Assembly: GCF_006345805.1 (NCBI RefSeq)
Contig: NC_043001.1
Span: forward strand, 43,462,001 to 43,526,000
DNA from: Octopus sinensis
Lineage: Eukaryota
Length of the DNA: 64,000 nt
Reading direction: 5' to 3'
Both the position numbers and the translations under genes were made by a program. The notes under the pieces were generated by a model that saw nothing but the letters and a program-made list of their open reading frames with translations, did no database searches and was not told the origin of the DNA. This document shows, piece after piece, positions 48,400 through 61,627 of this stretch (position 1 is its first letter; each line of letters opens with the position of its first letter).

Positions 48400-50950
48400 C
48401 AGGAGCGAGCTCAAGGAGAGAAAGATCGGGGAGGATATTTAAATCGCTAGGAAGGTGGACGAAAAGAATGGAGTGTTGCCGCTAATGGCAGTGATGCAGC
48501 CAACGAAAGTCAAGATCAAGTAGATATTGAACTTTCGAGAGCTGAACGACTACATATCGTGTCACACGGGCGGTGAGGCTACCGATATCTGCGAGGAAAC
48601 ATTGCAAGAATGGAGATAGATGACAAAGGCTTCCACAATCGTTGACTTGAAGTTAGCATATCTGCAGCTACACGGGACTAAGAAATTATGGAAGTTATCA
48701 GCTGGTAAGAGCGAGACATACTGTTTGACTAGGCTGGGTTTCGGGTTGAATTTAGCACCAAAGATCTTGACAACAGTTTTTAAGTTTATTCTGAGACAGG
48801 GTGAAAAAGGTCATCCATTCCTATATTGACGTCATCTTAGTGGACGAGACCGCGGTTCGGCCGCAGAGGTTATAGATTACCTAAAGAAGTTAGGACTTAA
48901 TGTGAAACCTCTGGAGGCGATAGTAGGAGGAGCTTTCATTGGGGCTCAAGCTGCAGAGAGACAAGGTGGGTGTGTTGGTATTTCGGAGAGGAAATGAGAT
49001 TCCGGAACTGGGCACCAGTGTGAACAAACAAGGACTGTTCTCGATGTGTGGGAAACTGGTGGGTCAGTATCTAATCGCGGGTTGACTCCGAACAACATAT
49101 AGCTACGAGAAAAGACGAGCGGACGAAGCAAACTGGGTGGACGCATTGGGAGAGAGGACAATGGCTATGATGCGAGAGGTCCTAGAGAGGGTAAGAGCAG
49201 AAGACCCAGAAATAGGAAGCTTGTATGTACCCAAATTGTAGAACAGGACCATATGTTGCGATGCTAGCAGTATAGAGATTGGGATCATTCTGGAAATAGA
49301 GGGTGTCGAAGCGGAGGATACAGCCTGGCTCAGAAAAACGGATGACTACCATCAATCAACGTCGCTGAATTGGATGCAATGCTGAAGAGAGTGAATCTGA
49401 TCCTGAGATGGGGGCTGCGTACTTGGATGGGTGGGATCAGTGATCGCCGATGAGAGGAAAGTACGAACGAAAAGGGCGGAAGAGATGTTAATAAAGCGCG
49501 TTTAGGGATTCTGGGAGAGCTACCTGCTGAATTCTGCTTGAAATTGAGCGCGATCTTTGTGCTCTCGGAAAGGAATAGACAGACATCCTAACTAGGATGA
49601 AGAAAGCCTGATTGGCGGTGCCAGAGGATTTGAGGCGGGGTATAAGTGCCATGTGTCGGTTAAGTAACACGGAGCTCAGAAGACTGCATACCATGCATCA
49701 TATGGGAGTGGATAGGACCCTGTGCCTAGCGAGGAAAGTTGACTCCAACGTTACAACGTTGGTCGGGCGTTGTGACAAGTGTCAATCCACTGACACCCAC
49801 TCCGGGTGTTTACGAGGCGGTAAACATCTCAGTGGAACACAACTGGAAGCAATTGACAGCGGATGTGACGCACTACCAGCAGGGGACATATCTCTCGATG
49901 GTCGATTGCAAACCGGGGAGAATAACGATATAGAGGGAAATTAAGATGGAGATTGCAAATGAAGCTGCCCGAATCCTGAACGAGATATTCCTGGAGCGGG
50001 GCCCTGTGAATGAATTGCTGATGGGCAACGACGCTGCATTTCGCTCGGAGACTCTGAAGGAAATGCTTGCTAAGTGGAACGTGAACCGCTTCTTCAGAAC
50101 GGTGTATAGCCTGAGTAGAAATGGGATCGTGGAGAGACACCATCGCATCATCAAGGCCATGGTGCAAATGAGACATATCTCACCAATTGAGGCAGTATTT
50201 TGGTATATGTCGCCGCATCAGATGAGGCTGAAGAATCGGTACGAGAAAGAGCGACACTCAGATATATTTCTTTACTACCCACAAGGGGCTAAACACAGAG
50301 GGGACAAACAAGGACAGACAAAGGGATTCAGTCGATTATATCGACTCCATTGCGTAACTGGTACTTATTTAATCGACCCCGAAAGGATGACAGGCAAAGT
50401 CGACCTCGGTGGAATTTGAACTCAGAACGTAGCGGCAGATGAAATACCACTAAGCATTTCGCCTGGCGTGCTAACGTTTCTGCCAGCTCGCCGCCTTGAG
50501 CGATACTCAGATATGAATAGCGACATCTATGTACGGTATCACAGAGACTTGTGGAAGAGAGCAATAGAGAGAGTGAGAGAGAGAGTGAGATGAAGAGGGG
50601 AGGGGTGCGTGTAGGGACGAGGTGAACCAAAAGTATAGTGTCAGTGACGTCACGCGAACGTCTTAGGAGCGAGGTAGGTTACGTGAGTGAAAGCATTACT
50701 AGTGTGGGTTCTCTTTCGTCATGAGGCTGTCAAACGAGACGGACGTGCATGATCTCGTGAGTTGAGGGATATTGCCGTTATGTTCTGGTCAGAGGTTCGG
50801 GAGGTAGGGTTCCTACGGATATATCCCGGCTGGAAAGGATCGATGCTGCGAGAGGACCCGCAAAATAGGTGAATTGCGTTAGGCCGAAAGATAAACAAGT
50901 GAATAAAGTTTGAAAAGAAAGCTGTCACGTCACTTGCACATTATTATTAG
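48400..50950 (+). mobile_element. 5'-truncated Ty3/Gypsy LTR retrotransposon (RT, RNase H, integrase, PPT, 3' LTR), pseudogenised
   Basis: IVDLKLAYLQL...YCLTRLGFGLNLAPKI (RT), CDASSIEIG...INVAELDA (RNase H), HHMGVDRT...CDKCQS (HHCC), NDAAFRS...NGIVERHHRIIK (integrase). Polypurine tract 50592-50605, then TG at 50606 and AATAAA near 50902. Confidence 0.88.
50266..50497 (-). mobile_element. SINE family A inserted at the integrase 3' end
   Basis: 17-bp TSD gagcga(c/t)actcagatat at 50249-65 and 50498-514. Confidence 0.92.
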
Positions 50951-51849
50951 CACTTGAACAAACTCATCCTCAGAAAACATCAAATTATCGACAGTCAACT
51001 CACTCAGCTAATAACATCTTGAAAGGCCAAACCTATATTTAGTCAATAATAAACAATATATAATTTAATATTCAGGATTTCCTAAAGATTTTTTAAAATC
51101 ACGCTTTTGGTAGAAATTAACTCGATGTCGTGTCAAGTACCATCTTGCTTTTACGTGCTTTTGACAGGATCCACAGCTGTGAGCTCTCATAAAAGGCACA
51201 TGGTTTGATAATAACATGATCTGATTCTTGTATACACCATGGGACGCAGCTACAGTAATTGTTAGAAAGTATTAGTGAAAAAAGATTTTCCCGCATAATT
51301 TCTCCGCCAGATAATTCTGGGACTTCTAACACAAGAGTAATGCTTCGGTTGTTTGCTCTATCTCTTTTTTGCATCATAATCACCAGTTCGTGACTGCTTT
51401 CCTTCCCTAGAAAATACAGACTACAAGAGATATCCACTGGAGACCATTGATTCTTTGTTGAACTTCTCGGGGGACTCAGTTGTAGTTGTCAACTGCATCC
51501 CTGAAAACCTGATAACTTCTTTGCCCTTCATTTTTCTAGACAGAAAAAAATTCCTGATTTATATATATATATATATATATTAAACTACAGCGTACATACA
51601 ATTTAGATGTACATTTAATATCTTAAACGTACAACATCACAATAACATATTCCCATAGCGCCTTTCCACAGAGCAAATCCACTACCATCGCTACAAAAGA
51701 ACATCGCACACTACATCATTTAACATTCAACCATGTCAATCAACATTCCTTATCGCAATTGCTGGTTCTGCTAGAAATAGTAAATTTGCTTATAATTATA
51801 GCTGACTACCTTTAAAAAATGCGCACGCTGGGTAATGTTTTTCTAAAAA

Positions 51850-52183
51850 GACTTAATGTCCGACTAAATTTGAACTGGTGATGTCAGTGCTTGACTACGT
51901 TGTATGATGGTGCATCGTCACCATAAAATTCTTTCATCTCATCGAAAGTTTCTTTTAGTGTAAAACCTTTCAAATATGAGAACCTGATCATTGATCTGCA
52001 TTCAACTGCCTCCATTATAAACACCTTAGTACACTTCAGCAGCCGTAAAAGACAAACGAATATTAGAGGAAAGCTATCATTTACAATGTGACATGTAGAG
52101 ACGTGTATGATTATACCTGTACAAGTTCCGTTTCCTGCAATAACTGAAAGTGGTCAGGAGAAATCTTTAATGAACACCCTTCG
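51850..52183 (-). mobile_element. mariner 5' fragment
   Basis: TA|CGAAGGGTGTTC terminus at 52183; peptide MEAVECRSMIRFSYLKGFTLKETFDEMKEFYGDDAPSYNVVKH*. Confidence 0.75.
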
Positions 52184-52936
52184 TATTTTGACGGTCCTCT
52201 AAAATTGAAGAGATGAACTTGGGTGATAAAGACTCGATGTTGCATGGAAGATGGGTAGCAGTTCAAAACACACACACATACACGCACGCGCGCACACACA
52301 CACACACATACACACACACACATACACACACACAAACACACACACACACACGCACACACCTATGCTCTAAAATGGTGTTTTCCAACCTGTTCACTATTGC
52401 GGAACTCTTGAAATGTACTCCATGTTCCACAGAACTTTACAATAAAATTTATCATATATTTTTTATTAATACCTTCCTTTTGCTTTTATGAAGTTAAATT
52501 TCGTAAGATTAAACAAAACATAAAACTGTCTTTGAAAAAAATTAGCAGTGAAAATTCATCAGACACTACAAAAAAAGTTAAAGAAATTTCGTCTTAACCA
52601 AGACTTTTTGGACCAAATTTACCTATGATCCCTTGTCAAGGTGTCTTTTTCCTTATAACCTACAGATGCCAGTATTACAATAGAACTAGAAAAAAACAAA
52701 AAAACAAATACAAAAATTACTCAAATATGTATTTACATATAATTAGCATATGTATCGCTGTTTCCCGCGGAACCTTAGTGACCTCTCATGGAATCTCTAG
52801 TGGATGGGAAAAGTTTCCTTAATGTGTCAGTCTCTTGCGTTACTCCGTGCATTAATATTTTACTGTTGTATCTTGCTTTATAGTAAGACCAGCCAGCGAA
52901 AATGTTAAAGGATGAGACATACATTTTTATTATTTG

Positions 52937-53008
52937 GAAACAAGATCTGTAAGAAACAAGATCTGTAAGAAACAAGATCTGTTAGAAAAACGAGATCTGT
53001 AAGAAAAA
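52937..53008. repeat. About 16-bp minisatellite (gaaacaagatctgtaa), four units
   Basis: Directly visible. Confidence 0.9.
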
Positions 53009-53838
53009 CTGAGAGCATGCGGTCTGAAAATTGTTAGAAAGCAAGTCTTGATGAGACTTGCAGGAAGAAATTGTATATCAATAGTTTCGAAAAATCAAAT
53101 TGGAAAGCTGTAATTAGACTGTCAAATCGCATCACATTTTACAAGTGATTCTTCGTAATATAGATTGAGCAGAAAGCTGTTAAAAAAGTTTAAAGACATA
53201 TTATAATGCCTTTATGTCGATAATTGTTTCTACCATAAGCTCAAGGCCAGAGAATGACCCGCACTACATCAACCTGGATTAGAAATGAAAGCGTTAGAGC
53301 CGGAGCCAATCGCGCAAGCAATTTTGTTGAATGATCTAACGATGCCCTCTCTGAATGTATATTAATCCGACGCCTTCACTGAATGTGTATTTACAATGTC
53401 TCTATTTTTGTTGTTTATCCAATCCTGGTCAACTTCAACTAAGCTCACTTATGATCAAAGACATTCCAGTCTTGACCATCCTTAGGACTAGAATGTGTAA
53501 CAGGATGAAAGGTCTGGAACACTTGAGGGATGCAGGTCTCATCCCGTTACATTAAATTATTTGTTGATGGAAAACCAAGACTTCGAATATCTTCAACAGC
53601 ATAAATAATATTTATTTTTCTGGATTCGCAATAATATATACATATATTTCCTTCAGGGCGAACCGGTAGCCATGGGAGCTAGTCACTGTAGTGTGAACCA
53701 AATGCTGTCTCGAACAAGCATAGTGTAGCTTCGCCACGTGTTGGCAGCTTGGGAGAGATGTGATTACGCGTCCGTTCAATTCGGTGTCCGCTTCGAGAGA
53801 GATCGATACAGCGGGAAATCTTGCTGTTGCTAGTTCTC

Positions 53839-53923
53839 TGCGCATGCGCACGAGGGAACTTCCGGCGGCCTCCCAGAAGAAATCCAACTCTGCACATGCG
53901 CGCTGAAGACTTCTAAAATGGCG
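53839..53923. promoter_or_regulatory. NRF1/ETS/YY1-type motif cluster (housekeeping-like core promoter)
   Basis: TGCGCATGCGCA 53839-50, ACTTCCGG 53858-65, TGCACATGCGCG 53891-902 and AAAATGGCG 53915-23 within 85 bp of CpG-rich unique sequence. Confidence 0.55.
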
Positions 53924-54329
53924 TCACTACAAATGTTTAATGAGTCCTAGTTCTAAACCATTTTGTTTGGTTTGACTTAATTTGGTTGTTATTTCTGCCA
54001 TCAACAGCTGTCTTAAAATATCTAAGTAAGAAGAAAACTCAATAATCTGCAGTAAAATAATGTTTAATGCTACTCGTAGTAAATTTATAACGTATTAAAA
54101 CATTTATTTCAAAACAGATACATTTGAAATTATAGGTTCTGGGTCGTATCTCTAGTAATCATATAAAGACGGTAGTTTATTCTACGTAAATGACTAGGCA
54201 GTAAGTTAATCTATAAAACAGGATAGTGAAATACACTGGGCGTTTTATTAAGTTCCCATCTCGCTTAATTGTCAAAAATTCACTAAGGGAACTTTGTCTT
54301 TTAGATGACAGTCGTTTTCTTTCTTGAGA

Positions 54330-54348
54330 GAATATATATATATATATC

Positions 54349-54379
<31 letters not shown>

Positions 54380-54506
54380 TATATATTATATATATATATA
54401 TAGATATATATATATATATATTATATATATATATATTAATATATATATACACTCACTTATATATATATGTATGTTTGTATATATATATATGACCATTCCG
54501 AAATAT

Positions 54507-54554
<48 letters not shown>

Positions 54555-54650
54555 TATACACACATATATAATATATATATATACACTCACATATATATAT
54601 GTATGTTGTATGTATGTATATATATATATAATATATATATATATATAAAG
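54330..54650. repeat. (TA)n array
   Basis: Directly visible. Confidence 0.97.
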
Positions 54651-55439
54651 AAAACTAAAGTACATAGAGTACATTTGCTTGCCTCTGGCCATCGGAGTGA
54701 TAGATATGTGCTAACAGCTACTTAAAGCAAGCATCATTTTTATGTCATACATTGTATTCTGAAACGCCTGTCTGCTTGCACACACACACACACACATGCA
54801 GTGAACCTACTTACAAGACGATGGCGTGATCTCATGAAATAAGTGGTAATATGTATGTAGACATGAAAATTGGAGTGAAGTGTAATAAACTCTTCACCGC
54901 AGATAGAAGACTTTTTAAACTTTACCGTTTGCCCTTTATGAGATATTTTAATTGAATGTTTCCTTCATCCTGAAGCACTTTTTCTTCATTGTTTAGTCAG
55001 CGGAGGAAGGGCTGTCGCCATGACTATTTTCGGGGCCTCTAGGGTTTATAGAAAAGAGGAAGAAAGGGACTTATCATCAGACCTGATACCTGGATCGAAT
55101 ATTTGCAATAAAGTGTATTCCACTTAAGACACCCAAAATACAATTTGGTGATGCTTAACAGGGTGGCAGAGTAAAGTTATTACTCACAACAGGGATCGTC
55201 ATTTCGATGAACTTCTACAAATTTCACTCAAAAGGATTTGTTCGACCCGAGGTTACTACCCAGGGAACTTGCCAAAAATGTTATACATTTGGGTCGAACT
55301 CAAAACTATGTGGTTGCGAAGTGAACACCTTAACTACACATCAATGCTCAGAGAAAATCTGTATTCTGAAAGAGTCCCTGTTAAGCTAGCGAAGGAATTT
55401 TCACATGGTCACTTGACCAGCTAGAAACAGCTATATCTT

Positions 55440-56800
55440 CTTCAAATCACATTATGATTTCTCCAATAAACAAATAATATAGAAATTATTGATGCAAAGA
55501 AAAACTAAATTAAATGTTTTATGTTCTACTTACTACAAGACGTGGAGACTCACCGGCCGAGGCGATATAGTAATTCAAGGTGGTTAAATATCACGTGTTA
55601 TACGTTTCCATATGTAACAAAAATATTATCTCTGGGGGTGGATTTGTTGCAAGTCGATGAAAGTTTTCTGGAAAAGTGCTTATAGGAAATATGTGTCTTT
55701 AAGAGTGGTGTTCTTGTGGAAATGGAATGTGTGTAGTGGTACTATATGTATAGCCTTTGCGTGGGGGTATACACATCTTTGATTAAATTCTTGGGGGCAT
55801 TTATGTATGTGTGCGGTATGTGAAGAGGTACAATATGCGTGGGGGCTTATATTGGGGGTGTTGGAAAAAGTCTGTTGGGTAGATGTCCGCCGTGCCGGGG
55901 CGTGTGTGTTTGTTTGTGGGTGCGTTAGTGTAAGTTCTGGTTAAACTCTTTACCAGACTTCCAGGTATTGGTAGAGGAACGAAGTTGGGGAACTGGTGAT
56001 TATAGTCATGATGAGACACGCAGGTATGATAGAATGTACTTCCTTTCATATGAGCAAGTATTAAAAATTTCACTACTGCTGTTAAGGTAGACGCCCGGGT
56101 GCTTGGAGCTCTTTAGAATCGCTTTTTTCTCAGTCAGGCATAATCTGCACTCCCTGATGGTATTGAAGTACGCTTTACATTTCTCTAGAATCTTCCACTT
56201 TATGCTGTAATCGGTAGCGCTTTTTTTCAACGACCACACGTGCTTGGCCAGGATTGTGGCGTTACTTCTCTCCGGGATGTTGCAGGATGACTCTTGGTTG
56301 TTGCAGCAGGTTCTGAAGGAGCCTTCAGTTGCTCCCGCGTACTTTCGCACGTTTTTGCCCATTTGTTACCTCTGCTTCGTATACGACGGTCTCCGTGTTA
56401 CAGTGACCGTTCAGTGGACATGTGTTACCTCTACATGAGATCCTGTCTCTTTCTCTGGTGTGGATCTATCTACTAAAATCATTTTTTCATTGGGTGCACA
56501 GCTAAAGGAAATTATCACGGTGTGCCTATTAAATATTTCGCTGAACCTATCAGTACGGCAAAAGTGCTTGTTTACTAAGCTAAGGAAAATCTTACCTACT
56601 CGGGTTTTAACACTTAGAGATGGGCGGTGTGAATCACAACACTTTCTGGTGGCGCTTTCTCTTCGAGGGGTTAGGGTCTGGCATGTAACTAATTCTATCC
56701 CTGAAACCGCTGGTGGCCAGAACTTCATTGTAGTACGGGGCGGCAGCATAAAAAAATCTCTTTGCTTGAAGATAGGTTGGAGATTCTTCTGATGACGTCT
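55440..56800 (-). mobile_element. Penelope-like element 3' part (RT thumb, GIY-YIG endonuclease, 3' flank)
   Basis: RISNLSSSKEIFYAAAPYYNE..., KTRVGKIFLSLVNKHF...FNRHTVIISFSC, YAGATEGSFRTC...LAKHVWSLK...CRLCLTEK...NSSSEIFNTC. Confidence 0.85.
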
Positions 56801-57059
56801 TTTACCAGGTTCTTGAAAACCATGGCTGGGTGACAGGAACCTGTGTTAATATACGATAGCTTCTCATTTGACTTCTTAAAGTGTCTATAGACTTAAAGGG
56901 GTCTACAGAGATGACGGATGACGTGCTGGCAATACCCAGCGGGGCAAATAGCCACACGCTAGATAAGCTTAGAAAGGACCTCACCAGCACCATGAATTCC
57001 CTTGGATTGAAGGTCACGAGACAGAAGCACTTGTCTGTGGTGCATAGTAACAAGCACCT

Positions 57060-57640
57060 AGGGCAATTATACGAAATGCAGGATTGATAATACTGCAGAA
57101 AGTGACAAGTGTAAGTTATGCAGTGATAAATGTGAGATTGTTTGGCGTATTGTGAATGAGTGCACGGAGCTGGCTTAAAAAGAATACAAAAAAAAAGATA
57201 CGATAATGTTGCAAGAATGATGCATTGGGAACTGTGTAACAAGTATGGATTAGCTAGAATAAAAAATTGGTATGGGCAAACGCCAGAAAGACAAGGCAAT
57301 GATACTGTGGAACGTAATGATCAAATGTAATCGTGAAATGGAATATCGAAAACCGGTTGTGAATAAAGAGGAAAAACCTGTTTAGTCAAAGATATTGCAC
57401 GTTCTGGTAATGACAAAATATTGAAAGTAAAGAGAAGCAGGTCAGATATAATGATTTTAAGTGGGAAATAAAATGAGTGTGGTCATTGAAGAAAGTGAAT
57501 ATCATACCTGTGTTGTTGAAGCTCACAAACTGGATTGCAAAGATAGGAGTAAAAGTGAAGATAGAACATCTATAATAAACAGTGTTGCTTGGGATTCTCT
57601 GCAGAGTTCTCGGAATCTGAATGGAGAATTTTAGATGAGC
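57060..57640 (+). mobile_element. R4/Dong-like LINE 3' fragment
   Basis: IVNECTELA*KEYKKKRYDNVARMMHWELCNKYGL...IEYRKP-like...DIARSG...VNIIPV. Confidence 0.75.
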
Positions 57641-57666
57641 TCACTAGTTGTGGACAGCTGACACTT

Positions 57667-58111
57667 TGTTACGTTCTCCAGCGAAGTTGATGTGTTAAAC
57701 AAGATGAATTAGAATCGTAATAATGCTTTCTTTATTAATCACTAAGTCTCCACGAAAAGCACTGGGGACTTTACAGGAAGATGCAACGTGAGATTACAAG
57801 AAAGAGCATGAAAATAACAGAATATCAATAAGAAAGAAACAATAAATTCCGGCAATAATTCCCCAAAAGGAAAAGGCTTCAAAAGATTGCTCGTGAAAAC
57901 TCCACAGAACCACAGTCAACCTGACTTCTCAGCTAAGTGCCTTCTCTCCCTGTTGTCTGCTTTTAGTCTACAGGCGCATACTTATAGAAAACTTGTTTAC
58001 TCGGATCATGATTTTGGCTTGAGTAAACGGATCTACTTTGAGAAGACAGGTTTTCTTGGACGTTGATGCTCTTTTTCACAAAATAATGGGTGGGTGGGGG
58101 GTAGTGCGACA
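57667..58111 (-). mobile_element. Possible solo LTR
   Basis: TGTTAC...GCGACA ends; minus-strand TATA-like motif (about 57980) upstream of AATAAA (about 57735). Flanks match only 3/5. Confidence 0.35.
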
Positions 58112-58989
58112 TACATTAATGTTAATTAATGTGTTGCTAAGTTATTTAACCTGAAGTTGGAGCTGATTAACTAGAAATGAGATGGAAGCTATTCCAATCG
58201 TTTTCATCTTATTTTTTAGAGATACCCACGACTTACAATATTTCATGTGTTCTTTCATTTTATATAATGTTTCAGTGAATTTGATTGAAGCTTGGTAGTT
58301 ATTTCTAGCAGATCGACGGATTACAAAGATCTCCCCGCCCTCCTTCAGTGGTCGGTGATTATGGGGTCAGTGAGTCAGTTCATAATGACCGAAGACTGAA
58401 TGTCATTCATGTTGTTGGTTGGACCAGTTCAGCCATGAGAAGGTAGATTAAGATAAAAAAATAGTCATGTGACTATTTTGTCTTTTCTCTGACACATTGA
58501 ACACGGGACTGCATCATCCTGTGTTCTTCTCTAAGACTGTAGTAAGAAATTTGAGGGAGATTTGACTGCTTTTTTCTACCCGGACGAGCGACCACACAGT
58601 GCAGCCATGAGCAACCTTTTCCGAAAAGCGGGCTCCATGAGACATTACTTATCATTAGGCGGGTCGCACTACTAAGAAAAATTCAAGGTATTTTTCGTTA
58701 GGCGTGCCATTCAGAGAGTCCTGCAAGCCGCAGTTTGCTTGCCCATAACTGGCATTCAAGCTTCCTCATCGGCTCGGTGTCATTGTGGTACCTATGAAAT
58801 AAACTAGAAATAAGGCTGGATAAAATCTGAAATAAAAAGTTTTTTTGCAAGACAAGCTTCATCACTCAGTGCACCATTTAAGTCAGTATTTAAAATCAAA
58901 CATAAATGAGAGGGGAAATGTTTCAACGATTTCTTAAAAATGAATTGGTTCCGGCCCATTCTTCCGTTGTAGTATAAATGCGAGAGATA

Positions 58990-59204
58990 TTCTTTTCTAC
59001 TCTAGACACAAAGCCTGAAACTTTAGGCGAGGGGACCAGTCGATTACATCGACCACAGTATACAACTGGTATTTAATTTATCGACCCCGAAATGATTAAA
59101 GGCAAAGTCGACCTCGGTGGAATTTGAACTCAGAACGTAAAGACAGACGAAATACCGCTAAGCATTTCGCCCGGCGTGCTAACGTTTCTGCCACCTCGCC
59201 GCCT
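58990..59204 (-). mobile_element. SINE family A (alternative tail)
   Basis: Intact head ggcggcgaggtggcagaaacgttagcacgccgggcg. Confidence 0.88.
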
Positions 59205-59269
59205 AATAAATGCATTATTTATTTAACTAGAAATTGTTCATCCCAGATGGCTATCTACTGATTTATTAA

Positions 59270-59405
59270 ATTTCTCTATGGTAAATCCCTCTATGGTAAA
59301 TAACTTTATTTACCATATATAAAATTTATTTATTTATGGTAAATAAATAAATCTAAATCCCTCTATGGTAAATCCTTCTATGGTAAATCCCTCTATGGTA
59401 AATAA
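59270..59405. repeat. 15-bp minisatellite (aaatccctctatggt) in two blocks
   Basis: Directly visible. Confidence 0.85.
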
Positions 59406-60044
59406 CTTTATACAAAACTCGCTAGAAAAAGTGAATATAAATTGAAAAAAATTTTAACATGTCGAAAATTATTAGCTAATGATCGTTCAATAATATTAAT
59501 TATGTTCGTTAAAGGTTTCTGGGTGATAAAAAAACAGTCATGAGAAAATATCTCTCTTAGACACTAGCTACAAAATTACACAACATTATCCCAGAAGTTA
59601 TACGTCTGTTTTTATCACCCTCTATTTTGCATGATGGTGTGTTAATTATTTTTCAGAGAGGCTAAAAGTGAATAATTTATGGCCAAAATCCATTGATAGA
59701 CTTGAACTGAGCACCACTTGCTAACGAGACTGTATTTTTTTTAACCCTTTTTTTTTGTTTTACAGGAATTAGTATTCTTAGATTCATTTGATAAAAAAGA
59801 AACTACTTGCTAAAATCTTTATGCTCATTTAATACATTTAATAGCTAAAGGAAATTAGTATTTCTGCCAGAAGCGATAAACAGAGAGATGTTGTGTGTGT
59901 GTCTGTGTGTTTGTGTGTGTGTGCGTATTCAGACATATATATATATTATCATCATCATCATCGTTTAACGTCCGCCTTCCATGCTGGCATGAGGGGGACC
60001 GTTTGACAAGAGTCGGCCAGGCAGAAGCATGCACCAGACTTCTA

Positions 60045-61203
60045 TTAGGTTGTCAAGAAAGTTCTTGCGGTTTTTAACCTTTAAATTCAGATGCCCAAAT
60101 GCACTTTATTAATCGAAATAAACGCCATCAGAATCAACACACTTTTGCCAACGCGAAACAAATTTATTTATGCCAGTAGCGTCGTTGAAGGCGTGTTTGG
60201 CACCGTCTTGCAGGAAGTTGTCGAGATGCTTGAAAAAGTGGTAGTCAGTAGGCGAGAGGTATGGTGAGTATGGCGGATGAGGCAGAGTTTCGTAGCCCAA
60301 TTCGATCAACTTCTGCAGGGTCAGTTGTGTGACATGCGGCCGAGCGTTGTCGTGGAGAAGGATTGGTCCTTTTCTATTGACCAATGCTGGCTGTTGTTGT
60401 CGGAATTTCTTAAGCATTTCATCAATTTGCTGACAGGACTTCTCCGCCGTAATGGTTTCGCCTGAATCCAAAAAGCTGTCATGGATGAGACCGGTCGCAG
60501 ACCACCAAACAGTCACCATGACCTTCTTTTGGTGCAACTTTGGCTTTGGGAAGTGCCGTGGAGCTTCGTCGGCGTCCAACCACTGAGTCGAGCGTCGCCG
60601 GTTGTCGTAAAGAATCCACTTTTCATCGCAAGTCACAATCCGGTCGAGAAACGGACCGTTCTTGTTGCGTAAAAGAAGGGAAGACGACACTTCAAAATGA
60701 CCTTTTATTTTGGTTGTCGTTCAACTCGTGCGGCTCAAGTATTTTTATTTTTTCAATATCTTTCAAGTGGTTGGAAATTGTAATATACGTTACGTCTAAT
60801 TCAGAAGCAAGCTCTCGAACAGTTGTCAACATCCGATGGCCGAACACTACGCTTATCATCTTCAAGACTTTCGTCACCGCTACAAAATTTCTTGAACCAC
60901 CATTGTGCTGTAAGTTCATTAGTGGTTCCTGAGCCAAACGTATCGTTGATATCGCGAGCTGTTTCAGCAACTTTTCGGCCTAGCTTTAACTGGAATATGA
61001 AAATTGTGTGAATTTGCTTTTTGTCCATGTTCCGGAAAAAATGGCCTAATTATTCAAAAAGAAAAAGAGTAACACAGTTAGATAGAGCGAAAAACGGGCT
61101 TTAAAATGATATATAAAGTCAAAGTAATTTAACGAAAATTAATTGAAAATACATCATTTAAAACCAAAATTTAAAATTCGCAAGAACTTTCTTGACAACC
61201 TAA
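60045..61203 (-). mobile_element. mariner (DD34D, Hsmar1/cecropia-like) transposon, frameshifted, inserted in a SINE B
   Basis: 25-bp TIR TTAGGTTGTCAAGAAAGTTCTTGCG with TA flanks. ORFs 60801..61028 and 60109..60690 give [17 protein letters not shown] and [19 protein letters not shown] halves lie at 59950-60042 and 61210-61300. Confidence 0.95.
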
Positions 61204-61448
61204 TATAACTATTTTGGCAGGATTTTTACAGCTGGATGCCCTTCCTAACACTCAGCAGAGAGGACTTAGTGCTTTTTACATGACACAAGCACTGACAGGT
61301 TCACCAAGAACTTGCATTACAAAAAAAAAAAAAAACTCTTTTGAGAGGGGAGGGGGCATTGGTGGAGAGGATCTTGTGTCTGATAATGAAAGGTTATAGT
61401 GAGGCAGAGTGACAGAAACGGGTGTATTGCTGTAGAAGTGGTACAAAT

Positions 61449-61454
<6 letters not shown>

Positions 61455-61539
<85 letters not shown>

Positions 61540-61569
61540 TATATATATATACATACACACACACACGTG

Positions 61570-61610
<41 letters not shown>

Positions 61611-61625
61611 TTATATATATACATG
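61455..61625. repeat. (CA)n/(TA)n/(TATG)n composite microsatellite
   Basis: Directly visible. Confidence 0.95.
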
Positions 61626-61627
61626 CA

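Noticed and set aside
50328-50419. C-terminal extension of the Gypsy integrase ORF (49946..50419)
   Set aside because: It is read-through into the antisense SINE insertion delimited by the 17-bp TSD.
53919-53951. ATG in strong Kozak context as a gene start
   Set aside because: A stop follows after 10 codons with no good donor in between; kept only as a promoter motif.
55570-55650. Hammerhead in the 3' flank of the 56 kb Penelope-like element
   Set aside because: GAAACGT is present on the minus strand, but there is no CUGANGA core and no stem I pairing.
56789-56830. CTGATGA...GAAAAC as a hammerhead at the Penelope junction
   Set aside because: No stem II or stem I can be formed; likely chance.
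60109-61028. SETMAR-like domesticated gene or active transposase
   Set aside because: There is no SET domain, both TIRs flank it, and frameshifts plus a deletion near the C-terminus break the ORF.
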